A stretch of DNA of 64,000 bases from contig NC_090415.1 in the NCBI RefSeq assembly GCF_036365525.1, positions 18,290,001-18,354,000 of the forward strand, given 5' to 3'. The notes below the pieces were generated by a model that was not told where the DNA came from, searched no databases, and worked only from the letters and a program-made list of their open reading frames with translations. A program made the translations under genes and the position numbers. Shown here one piece after another: positions 53,296 to 64,000 of the stretch. Source of the DNA: Heterodontus francisci (Eukaryota). The stretch's first letter is position 1; each line of letters begins with the position of its first letter.

Positions 53296-54812
53296 AACAA
53301 AGAACAGTACAGCACAGGAACAGGCCATTCGGCCCTCCAAGCCAGCCATCTTGATGCCTGCTGAAACTAACACCTTCTGCACTTCTGGGGCCCATATCCC
53401 TCTATTCCCTTCCTATTCATATATTTGTCAAGATGGCTCTTGAAGGTCGCTATCGTATCTGCTTCCACCACCTCCCCTGGCAGCAAGTTCCAGGCACACA
53501 CCACCCTCTGTGTAAAAAAACTTGCCTCGCACATCCCCTGAAACTTTGCCCCTCTCACCTTAAACCCGAGTAACTGACTCTTCCACCCGGGGAAAAAGCT
53601 TCTGACTATCCACTCTGTCCATGCACTCATAACTTTGTAAACCTCTATCATGTCGCCCCTCCACCTCCGTCGTTCCAGTGAAATCAATCCGAGTTTTTCC
53701 AACCTCTCCTCATAGCTAATGCCCTCCAGACCGGGCAACATCCTGGCAAACCTCCTCTGTACCCTCTCCAAAGCCTCCACTTCCTTCTGTACAGCTGCAA
53801 CGTGACTTGCCAATTTTTATACTCTATGCCCCGACCGATGAAGGCAAGCATGCCGTATGCCTTCTTGACTACCTTATCCACCTGCGTTGCCACTTTCAGT
53901 GACCTGTGGACCTGTACGCCCAGATCTCTCTGCCTGTCAATACTCCTAAGGGTTCTGCCATTTACTGTATACCTCCCACCTGCATTAGACCTTCCAAAAT
54001 GCATTACCTCACATTTGTCTGGATTAAACTCCATCTGCCATTTCTCCGCCCAAGTCTCCAACCGATCGATATCCTGTTGTAACCTCTGACAATCCTCATC
54101 ACTATCCGCAACTCCACCAACCTTTGTGTCGTCCGCAAACTTACTAATCAGACCAGCTACATTTTCCTCCAAATCATTTATATATACTACAAACAGCAAA
54201 GGTCCCAGCTCTGATCCCTGTGGAACACCACTAGTCACATCCCTCCATTCAGAAAAACACCCATCCACTGTTGCCCTCTGTCTTCTGTGACTGAGCCAGT
54301 TCTGTATCCATCTTGCCAGCTCACCTCTGATCCCGTGTGACTTCACCTTTTGCACCAGTCTGCCATGCGGGACCTTGTCAAAGGCTTTACTAAAATCCAT
54401 ATAGACAACATCCACTGCCCTTCCCTCATCAATCATCTTCGTCACTTCCTCAAAAAAGTCAATCAAATTAGTAAGACACGACCTCCCCTTCACAAAACCA
54501 TGCTGTCTCTCGCTAATAAGTTTGTTTGTTTCCAAATGGGATTAAATCCTGTCCTGAAGAATCCTTTCCAATAGTTTCCCTACTACTGACGTCAGGCTCA
54601 CCGGCCTAGAATTTCCTGGATTATCCTTGCCACCCTTCTTAAACAAAGGAACAACATTGGCTATTCTCCAGTCCTCTGGGACCTCACCTGTAGCCAATGA
54701 GGATGCAAAGATTTCTGTCAAGGCCCCAGCAATTTCTTACCTTGCATCCCTCAGAATTCTAGGGTAGATCCCATCAGGCCCAGGGGACTTATCTAACTTA
54801 ATGCTTTGCAAG
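53296..54812 (-). mobile_element. 5'-truncated CR1 with internal deletions
   Basis: 283 aa RT fragment (DFSKAFD, FADD); CR1 tail. Confidence 0.93.
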
Positions 54813-55084
54813 TATTAAAATGCAAAACAAATAATCTAATAGTGATCAAATACAGTTATGTATTTATTGAACATCTTTCTTCCAACTCCTTGAGTACATA
54901 AAATTAAAGATCCCAACTCCAGGAACCAAAATAAGTTTTTGTTGATAACTTATAAATACACACAGTATTTATCTTTTCTGTCAGAAATATCAGCCTGTCT
55001 CTTCTGAGACTTTCAAACAACTTCTTGACTCCCTCATGATTTTTACGCAGTCTTCTCATGAGATTATCCATTTTCTCTCCACAA

Positions 55085-55252
55085 AGAAAGACTTGCTCTT
55101 CTCGAGCACCTTTCACAATCTCAGGACGTCCCAAACCACATTCCACCCAATGAAGATCTTTGTGAATTGTCGTCACTGTTGTACAGTAGGAAACACAGCA
55201 GCCATTGCCCACAGCAAGTTCCCACAAACAGCACTGTGATAATAACCAGATA
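55085..55252 (-). mobile_element. SINE fragment with L2-like tail
   Basis: gacttgc...cctttcacaatctcaggacgtcccaaa...cacagcaagttcccacaaacagc resembles the 3' part of an elasmobranch SINE (recalled, not searched). Confidence 0.5.
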
Positions 55253-55280
55253 AAACAGAAACAAATCGTGTCAAACCATA

Positions 55281-55607
55281 GTTTAGTTTAGTTTAGTTTA
55301 GTGATACAGCACTGAAACAGGCACTTCGGCCCACCGAGTCTGTGCCTACCATCAACCACCCATTTATACTAATCCTACACTAATCCCATATCCCGACCAC
55401 CTACCGAGACAAGGGGCAATTTATAATGGCCAATTAACCTAACAACCTGCGTGTCTTTGGCATGTGGGAGGAAACCGGAGCACCCGGAGGAAACCCACGC
55501 AGACACAGGGAGATGTTGCAAACTCCACACAGACAGTACCCAGAATTGAACCCGGGTCGCTGGAGCTGTGAGGCTGCGGTGCTAACCACTGCGCCACTGT
55601 GCCGCCC
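55281..55607 (-). mobile_element. HE1-like V-SINE
   Basis: Same head, V-domain and (taaac)n tail as 9894. Confidence 0.92.
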
Positions 55608-55692
55608 AAATAGATTAAAATAGATTAAAAAGAAAACTAATAACCTACTCCAACAAGGCACCCAATCAGCAGTGAGGTGAACTTTGGATGTG

Positions 55693-56036
55693 GTGGTCTC
55701 AGTTACAGACAGAGCAAGTAAGTCGTCTCCGTTACAGACAGAGCAAGTAAGTCGTCTCCGTTACAGACAGAGCAAGTAAGTCGTCTCCGTTACAGACAGA
55801 GCAAGTAAGTCGTCTCCGTTACAGACAGAGCAAGTAAGTCGTCTCCGTTACAGACAGAGCAAGTAAGTGGTCTCAGTGACAGACAGAGCAAGTAAGTCGT
55901 CTCAGTTGCAGACAGAGCAAGTCAGTGGTCTCAGTTGCAGACAGAGCAAGTCAGTGGTCTCAGTTGCAGACAGAGCAAGTCAGTGGTCTCAGTTGCAGAC
56001 AGAGCAAGTCAGTGGTCTCAGTTGCAGACAGAGCAA
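55693..56036 (+). repeat. 29-bp tandem array (~12 copies)
   Basis: gttacagacagagcaagtaagtcgtctcc grading to agttgcagacagagcaagtcagtggtctc. Confidence 0.95.
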
Positions 56037-56052
56037 AAAAAAACAAAATGTC

Positions 56053-57882
56053 TTATAAATTGTCATGTAAAAAAAGAATAGAGTCAACAGTGGAAGGCTG
56101 AAGGACAGTCCTCCACTGGTTGATTGTCCTTCCAGCTACACTGAAGTTCCTCTCCCTGATGCTACAGCTCGCCGGAATGCAAAGTATACTTCTAGCCAGC
56201 CTGGTCAATTTAGGGTATGTAACACTGTGTTCCTTCCACCAGCCCAACAGATCACGTTCGTTTTCCATCGCCAACACAGCAGGTCTCTGTGCTGTGTACT
56301 GCTGCACTTCATCATTTGTGTCTATTTCTTCATGAACATTCTCCCATTCAGCAAATGCAGTCACTGCTTTTTTGGCAGCTGTAGTTTCATTCTCAACCAC
56401 TGTCGTTTCCTTCACCGGTTCTTCTGTTTTAATGTTGTTGATAAGTCTGCGCACTTCAGAATAAACTACTTCCCTATCATGGCTGGATAACATTCGTAGC
56501 TGATTAAATTTAGGCCAGAGAAATGTTGCTATTTTGTGCTCGTCATTTATTTTAACTTTCTTCAGAAGCCACTGTCTGTGCCGTTCCCTGACAACTGCTT
56601 GCGTTGGAGTATCTGAAGAATGTGGCATACAGAGACGTTTAAGTTTCTCAAACCACGGAATTACCAGGTTCAATGTAGGATATTGGTCTCCCTCGAGTTC
56701 CCTCTGAGCTTCATAAAATGGTCGGAGGAAATCCACCAAAAACTGCAAGACATCAGGGGTGATATTTTCCAGCCTGAAGCTTTCCCCACGCTGTTCCAGT
56801 TTCTTGTACAGCTCATGATAAATATCCTGAATTGAATTCAGTGTCAGATACACAGTACTGTACCTCGTTTCTCCCATTGGATTTAAAGTTTTAGACAACT
56901 GTGCAGCAAGACCAGACTGTTTAATATATGTCACCAAGTCTTTGGCATGATGTATAGTTTCTACAACATCCGGAGCTTCAGAAGCTAATTCCTTTGGATC
57001 AAGTGAATGTTGAAGGACCGTGTTATATACATGGCCCTGACAATCCAGACGTCGATATGGTCTAAGATCAAACACTATGTTAGTGCCTTGATCTGTCACC
57101 CAGACGAGTTTATATAAATTTGCTGGGTCGAATCCAAATGTATTCACGAGCAGAATTAAAATCTCCTGCCTGATGTTTTTACCAGTTTTGACGTCCTCCA
57201 GTGGAAACATTGCTGTTGTTAAAACTTTGACATGAAGTTTAAAATCTACTGTGATGTAATGACAAGTTATCGACATATAATGGATTTTATTGTAGTCGTC
57301 CGTCCACATGTCAGTTGTCATTCCCACATTCACATCCTTCAGTATGTCAGTAATCTGAGAAATTAGTTCTTTTCTCTTTTCTTTGGCCACATCACGACAC
57401 CTTCTTGAAACTGTACTTGGATTTGGTAACACACTTGATGCTGATACTTGACCGTATGTCGCACCCACATTGATAAGCTCTTGTGCTAGCTCAACAAACC
57501 CTTCACCAGAAACAGTTTGGAAAGATCGAATATCTTTGCAACAGAAACTCACGCATTTGTCTATAATTTCTGATTTCTTGTGAGTGGGTATGTTTTTTTT
57601 TCTTGTCCGTACAAAGGAAGTTAAGTCTGACCGACTTGGTCCTGCTGTGGGTCGAGTACATCCTTTTACAGTGTGCCGCTGCAAAGATGAATTTCCTGTC
57701 TTTTTGCTGTGATATTTTAGTAGAAGTTTGCAAGATTTACATTGTACAAATCCACTTGAACTTTTACTATTGCGGAAAACAACAACATTGAAATGTTCCC
57801 ACACGGAAGATTTACGTTTTCCGGTTACAGGACTTTCCACTGCTAAACATTCTCCAGTAGACAGCATTTGTTTTACATCCAT
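56053..57882 (-). CDS. hAT (hobo/Hermes-like) transposase, open frame, 609 aa from first ATG
   Basis: BED finger (SVWEHF..CKSC..LQRH..C), TTDMWT, VTDQG, CQGH, ERNFS, WWK..YPKL dimerisation domain. Confidence 0.93.
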   Translation of the reverse strand: MDVKQMLSTGECLAVESPVTGKRKSSVWEHFNVVVFRNSKSSSGFVQCKSCKLLLKYHSKKTGNSSLQRHTVKGCTRPTAGPSRSDLTSFVRTRKKNIPTHKKSEIIDKCVSFCCKDIRSFQTVSGEGFVELAQELINVGATYGQVSASSVLPNPSTVSRRCRDVAKEKRKELISQITDILKDVNVGMTTDMWTDDYNKIHYMSITCHYITVDFKLHVKVLTTAMFPLEDVKTGKNIRQEILILLVNTFGFDPANLYKLVWVTDQGTNIVFDLRPYRRLDCQGHVYNTVLQHSLDPKELASEAPDVVETIHHAKDLVTYIKQSGLAAQLSKTLNPMGETRYSTVYLTLNSIQDIYHELYKKLEQRGESFRLENITPDVLQFLVDFLRPFYEAQRELEGDQYPTLNLVIPWFEKLKRLCMPHSSDTPTQAVVRERHRQWLLKKVKINDEHKIATFLWPKFNQLRMLSSHDREVVYSEVRRLINNIKTEEPVKETTVVENETTAAKKAVTAFAEWENVHEEIDTNDEVQQYTAQRPAVLAMENERDLLGWWKEHSVTYPKLTRLARSILCIPASCSIRERNFSVAGRTINQWRTVLQPSTVDSILFLHDNL

Positions 57883-58289
57883 AGTGTACAGTAATGTAAA
57901 ATCACCTTTGGACACATGTAGTCGGGTCTAGTCGTGTTTGGGTCAGGCAGCCAGGCTTTAAGTCATATTTCTACTTCCAAGTCCTATTGTTGAAGGGAAA
58001 ACAAGCAGACACTGTTTAAAATGTGTCCTTAAACTTCTCACCTAGTCTTTAAACAATCGCCGCATCGTTAGTGCGGCCATTTTTTTCTGCTGTTCACTGT
58101 CCAATAACAATGAACAGTGAGACTCTGGATCTGAACCGGGAACATTCATTACAGTTTGGAGACAGAAAGCAGCAATGATTTTCAATAGTGAGTACTTCTC
58201 ATTCTGTCTCTCTCACCCTGTCCAGACACTGCCTGAGAAATACCTCTCTCTTCTCCTGACTCACTCCATGTCCCAGGACCAGTACCTGC

Positions 58290-58760
58290 TAAAGGCCTGC
58301 GACCAGACCCGAACCAGACAGGACCTGACGACATGTGTCGGGTTTGGGTCGGTCACTCTTCCGGGTCGAGCTCTTGGGCTCGGGTCGGACAAACACAGTA
58401 TTAATCGGACATGAAAGGTTGTTTAAAAAGATGAAGATTGGAGCCACGAAGTCAGTGATTGTTTGGTCATGAGTTAAACAGAAACCCATGGAGTTGTGTC
58501 CAGACAGGTTGTGCCACACTGTACCAGTATCTGTATTGCTTAAACTAAACACAGCAATTGCCAGAAGGCTCAGTAAATATCATTATACATTACCTAGACT
58601 CCTGCTTTACAGGTTGAAATACTTGTTGCAAGTTTATCCAGTGAGCAGCTGAAATGCAAAGAGCAGGAATGTTCTGAGTGATTAATTTATTACAAAATGA
58701 TTATAAAATATACAGTATTTGTATTAAAAATATAACCTGTTCACTGTCAGGTCTCTGGTC

Positions 58761-58791
<31 letters not shown>

Positions 58792-59120
58792 CCTGACCGA
58801 ACCATAGCGGACCCGAGCCCGACCTGAACATCCCTTCACTTCCCTTCCTGACACCCAACCGGCAAGATGCTACACCGCATGCGTGATGACGGCAAATTGA
58901 CGGCACCGGCTCTGCGCAGACTCAATTCCGACCCGGACTCCCAGCTCCGGTCAGTTTTTTTTAAATTTCAATACTGACCAGCAGAGACTGACCGAGTGTG
59001 TCCGACCCGAACCCGAACTGGACCCGAGCCCGAAAGCCGGAGCCGCAAGCTGGGCCCGAGCCGAGGCGGCCACATGTGCTCGGGTCCCGCTCGGGTTGGA
59101 CTCGGGTATCCAGGCCTCTA
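58290..59120. mobile_element. Non-autonomous hAT element (MITE), 831 bp
   Basis: Ends TAAAGGCCTG ... CAGGCCTCTA, gacccga subterminal repeats; empty site in the paralog at ~6590. Confidence 0.75.
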
Positions 59121-59245
59121 GTGTACATTCCACACAGTCCCCGACTCCCGCTGAACTTCCCCGCTATTCAATGTTAATCTCTGAACACATCTGCAGACTC
59201 GCTCCCAAACCTGGTGTTGCTGCTGGAAGCAGATGTTGTTTGTTC

Positions 59246-59405
59246 ACTTACCCCGGGACCCGGATGTCTCCATTCGCAGCTGATTTAAACAATCTTCCGC
59301 TCACTCACTGAATGACGCTCAGAGACAGAGTTGGGGGAAGGGGAGCGCATGCGCTCTTAGCTTCATTATGACGTCCCAGTGGGCGGAGCTATATTGCGCT
59401 TGCGC
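59246..59405 (-). promoter_or_regulatory. Promoter + first exon, copy 4
   Basis: NRF1 at 59345-59354, ATG 59273, donor at 59252/59251. Confidence 0.65.
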
Positions 59406-61446
59406 AGATCTCTGCAACAATTGAGCGTTCAAAACTCAATGGGAACTTTCCCCATTTCACCCTCATCAATGTGTGAACAATGAAACTGAACATGGGGTTA
59501 GGGTGGAGGGAGGGTGGGGAGGGGTGGAGGGAATCTATAACCTAGAAAGCCGGGAGCTGATCCCATTTAGATGTTCAAATTGCCGTCTCTCCCTGCAGGG
59601 TCTTTGTTATTATTGAGACCCTCCTCTCAAAACAATCCGACAGAAACATGGGAGGAAGGAGGGAGTCGGTGTGTTTGCTGGGACCTTGTAGAATTCATTT
59701 CAGTCAGCAAAGGTTTGTCTAACCGGAGTTAAACCCGCGGTCAATGTGAGTAATACCGAATGGTGATCTTCATCGTTTCATTCTAAACAAGAGAGACACG
59801 GAGCTGCCGCGATTATACCAGACACACAAACACAGTGACAATAGAGCCCGTCCCAGAGTTTCAGCTCCCGGTTGTTAAATATCCTCATGTACACAGTCTT
59901 TGCTGTGAATCTCTGGAGTTAGTTGCCGATTCCTATTCCTGTATCCCTGAAACACTCGGAGCCAGGAGATCCTCACACTCCATTTTGAAAGATTTATGGA
60001 CAGGAATTTTTCCAAACTTTGGCTGAGTCGATCATAACCTGCTGTTCAATCATAGTATTATTCAAGGAATTAATGAGACATTCCGTTCACTACTTGGGTC
60101 TTGAACTCGGTTTGAGCAGATCAACAAGTGAAAGCTTCAGCATTTTTCTAGATATAACAGACAGAGCTGGATAGAGGGACTCAGGGTTAATCCTGCACAC
60201 ACAGGACAGTTTGAGTGACAGTCACACAGGGACGGGAACTGATCTCGATTCCGTTGCCTACTCACCCAACAAGGACAGTTCGGGACTGACTAAACATCCA
60301 ACTCACCATAATTCAGTACTGGAGAAAGACAGAGGCTTGTCCACTCCATCTGTCCTTACTGTATCTGGGACATTATGTGAGGGAAAGTGTTCCAGTACCT
60401 CTCACTCTCAGACAACAACTGACATGTGTTCAGACAGTCAGTGTTCGTCTTTCACTTACCATGAATAGGCGCCTCTTCAAGAACCTGTAAATCCAATATC
60501 CCGAAGCAGCTGTTCTACTCAGAACTTGGTCATGGTAGGAGAACCCCAGGAGGACAGTGGAAACACTTTAGAGATGTCCTCAAATCATCCCTCATTTGGG
60601 AAGACATTGTACTCTTCAGGGATATTTGTCAGGAACATGCAAAGGTGAACTCGACGCAGCGAAGGCAGCGAAGGGAGCACCCACACATCCGATGCAGTCA
60701 TTTACTGACCCTTCCAGCACCACCTGTCCCTGATGTGACAGAGTCTGCAGATCATGAATTGGACTTATCAGCCATTTCAGAACCCATCAAACTGGAGTGG
60801 AAAAAAGTCATCCTTGATCGCTAGGGACTGTCTGAGATGGAAGAGAATAAATAGGCCAATATAATGATCAGCAATAATAATGAACTGGATAGGGAGGAGA
60901 TCAAGAGCAGGGCGATAGAATAGGGAGGGGAAGTGGCCTGTGACGTTTATATAATGTAACACATTGACAGAGATCCTGTTCTATTTGGGTAAAGACTTAT
61001 TCAAGATAGAAAAACGTAAACAATCTCACGCTGACATATTGTACCAGAGACAACCTCTCTATTATTTCCAAACTCAAAACAGGGCCAGATTATAAACAAA
61101 TACTGTATTTCTCACTGAACCACTTTTACCTGTTGGACTCTCTGCAGATTCGCAGGACAAGGCCATTCAGATATATTTTCAGTCACTAAGAGATTCATTC
61201 TGATGACATTAAGCAGAGACTATCAGATGTTTAACTTTCATCCCTCAAACACTCGGATTCACTTTTACACTTCGACGAGATCCGTTTGGACAGTTTAGGA
61301 GCCGCCCCCTCACCCCTTCCTCCACTTTATTCCGACCATCTTCCAGTCTCAGTGTCACACACGTTACCATTAATTTGCTTTTGATCAATATAATTCAAAG
61401 GTTGTTTGCAGCGACAATCATTGAAATAATGATGACAGTGATTTGT

Positions 61447-62135
61447 AATTCTTTCTTCTTTTGGGCCTCCTTATCTCGAGAGACAATGGATCCGCGCCTG
61501 GAGGTGGTCAGTGGTTTGTGAAGCAGCGCCTGGAGTGGCTATAAAGGCCAATTCTGGAGTGACAGGCTCTTACACAGGTGCTGCAGAGAAATTTGTTTGT
61601 TGGGGCTGTTGCACAGTTGGCTCTCCCCTTGCGCCTCTGTCTTTTTTCCTGCCAACTACTAAGTCTCTTCGACTCGCCACAATTTAGCCCTGTCTTTATG
61701 GCTGCCCGCCAGCTCTGGCGAATGCTGGCAACTGACTCCCACGACTTGTGATCAATGTCACACGATTTCATGTCGCGTTTGCAGACGTCTTTATAACGGA
61801 GACATGGACGGCCGGTGGGTCTGATACCAGTGGCGAGCTCGCTGTACAATGTGTCTTTGGGGATCCTGCCATCTTCCATGCGGCTCACATGGCCAAGCCA
61901 TCTCAAGCGCCGCTGACTCAGTAGTGTGTATAAGCTGGGGGTGTTGGCCGCTTCAAGGACTTCTGTGTTGGAGATATAGTCCTGCCACCTGATGCCAAGT
62001 ATTCTACGAAGGCAGCGAAGATGGAATGAATTGAGACGTCGCTCTTGGCTGGCATACGTTGTCCAGGCCTCGCTGCCGAAGAGCAAGGTACTGAGGACAC
62101 AGGCCTGATACACTCGGACTTTTGTGTTTTGTGAA
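61447..62135 (-). mobile_element. 5'-truncated RTE-clade LINE
   Basis: RRLRWLGHVSRM..RIPK..LY, C-terminal CSTC..C..RIGLYSH finger, (GAA)n tail; absent at paralogous site ~4275. Confidence 0.92.
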
Positions 62136-64000
62136 TAAACATCCCATATCCACCCTATCACCATGATTACAAGCAGGCAGAGCCAGGGGAAGGAAAAAAC
62201 TCGTAATAAAGACTATTATTTTTGATATCAGTGGTGAGTTAATAGAGGACAACCAGTACGGATTTGCTCAGGGCAAATCATGTGCTGCTAACATGATTGA
62301 ATTCTTGTGGTAGAAGTTACTGAAGGTAGTACAGTAATTATTGGATACATGCTCTTCCAAAGGCATTCAATCAAGTAGTGAATAACAGACTTACATGGAG
62401 AATAGAAATGCATGTTAAAATTGACACTGGTATCCTGAGATAGTAGTTGGTTCAAGGATAGGAGGCAATTCTGTGACCTTGTCTTAATTACACCTTCTCC
62501 TTTGTTATCTCTTGCCCACTCCCGCTTTACTTGCTTATAACCTTTTACAATTCTAATATTTGCTCGTTCTGAAGTAGGGTCACTGACCTGAAACGTTAAT
62601 TCTGCTTCTCTCTCCACAGATGCTGCCAGACCTGCTGAGTATTTCCAGTATTTCTTGTTTTTATTTCAGATTTCCAGCATCCGCAGTATTTTGCTTTTAT
62701 TTTAGAGTTTAGTCGTGAACTGATCCTTTCTGCTGACTGGGCAGAACTATGCAGTGGGGTGATGCAGAAAACTGTCCGAAGAACATTACTTCAATAGGGC
62801 CCACAATGTTGAAGTTTGAGGAGGACAAAATACACAGCAATGTATGCAAATATTAAAGAGCTGTAAGTTTCAGGTAGATATTACCTGAACAGAGGTGAGA
62901 CAGAGAATACCCAACCCGTCACACCTTTAGATTCCTGACCAAGATAGACCTACAAGGTACAAACTCAGGTTCTGTGACCAAGTCAGAGAGTTTATTAGTT
63001 TTTACTAAGATGTACAAAGTTAATACTTAACAATGGTAATAGATATTCAGTAACACACAACACCCGTTCTTGTTTCTGTGCTTGCTGCCGCACGGACTTC
63101 TCTCCTTCTTCATCCCTTGCTGTGTTTTTTTGACTGTATTCTATCTTCTCCTTTTAAGTACCAACGATCTTCTGTTGACCCCTCTCTAAGTGTGCTGACG
63201 ATGTCCTGTAACACCCTTTCTTTTATCCTTCTTGTGGTGCAAGGATGTTACCATATTAGTTTTGAATTGTTCCAAGTGTCCTAATTGGTCCAGGTTGACA
63301 TCATTGTTTGACACTAGTTAGTTAATGGTTGAATCTACACACATTACAGATGCTTCCCGATTCTTTCTATTTTAGCAAGGATCCTAAAGGTTACATTCTT
63401 GCTGATCCCAGACATTTTTTTCTTTAATTCTGCCTTTATCCCATCTCTCTCCCTGCAAGGAGTGCTGGTGACTCTCCCATTGTTCTCACAAAAAGGTTTA
63501 AACAAATTATAGCCTTGAAAACACATTTCATAATAAAGCAAGCAACAGATCAAACAGACTTCAATATATTGATGTACAAAGCATATCATTAATCCTATTA
63601 TTTTAGCTGTCCTTATTTGTCACAAACGTAAAATGTGTCACGGTCCATCGCGCCCACATTGTGGATTCTCCTCCAGCTACATGACTTGCCTTTTTTTTTC
63701 CTTTGGCTACGTGCATCTTCCACACTGACACATCTCTCAACATGACATTTTAACATAGTTCAGTGAAGATGACCGTCATGCTTTACAATCCAACATTAAC
63801 ATTGCAGTTCTTGCATAAATGTAAACTATGAAAATACTCTAAACTTTACACAGCGGTGAGCAGTGTTCAGGTGATACAGAAAATCTGGTGCGTTGGGCAG
63901 AGACAATCAGTTGATCTATCAAAGTCTCTTGATGTAATGCTCCTATCTATACTACTTACAACACAACTATTCTTTTGTTATTGAAAAGCTTGGATAGATG

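Larger units (their letters stand above)
59135..64000 (-). repeat. Right arm of window-spanning inverted duplication
   Basis: Reverse complement of 2410-6590, plus an RTE insertion. Confidence 0.95.

Overview
Vertebrate genomic DNA, almost certainly from an elasmobranch (HE1-type V-SINEs, CR1/HER1-like LINEs, shark-type Penelope ends). The core is a replication-dependent histone cluster. It has intact H2A, H3.2, H4 (Ser1->Thr) and H1 at 15.3-19.3 kb, a duplicated block with a decayed H2A and an intact H3.2 at 30.5-31.5 kb, and a probable H2B 'ghost' at 14.2 kb (promoter fused to the 3' processing signal, no CDS). There is also a tRNA-Gly(TCC) gene and a relic copy. Four paralogous units made of an NRF1/CRE promoter, a short ATG exon and a downstream exon are interleaved with the cluster; no recognisable protein goes with them. 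The right half is a ~31 kb imperfect palindrome centred near 49 kb, and the window ends form a second inverted repeat. The palindrome arms carry different insertions. One is a triply nested CR1 stack, including a full-length element with 160-bp 5' monomers and a G_GGU_UUA_AAC slippery site at the ORF1/ORF2 overlap. The others are an open hobo/Hermes-like hAT transposase next to its MITE, and an RTE fragment. All calls are by eye, and boundaries of degraded repeats are approximate.
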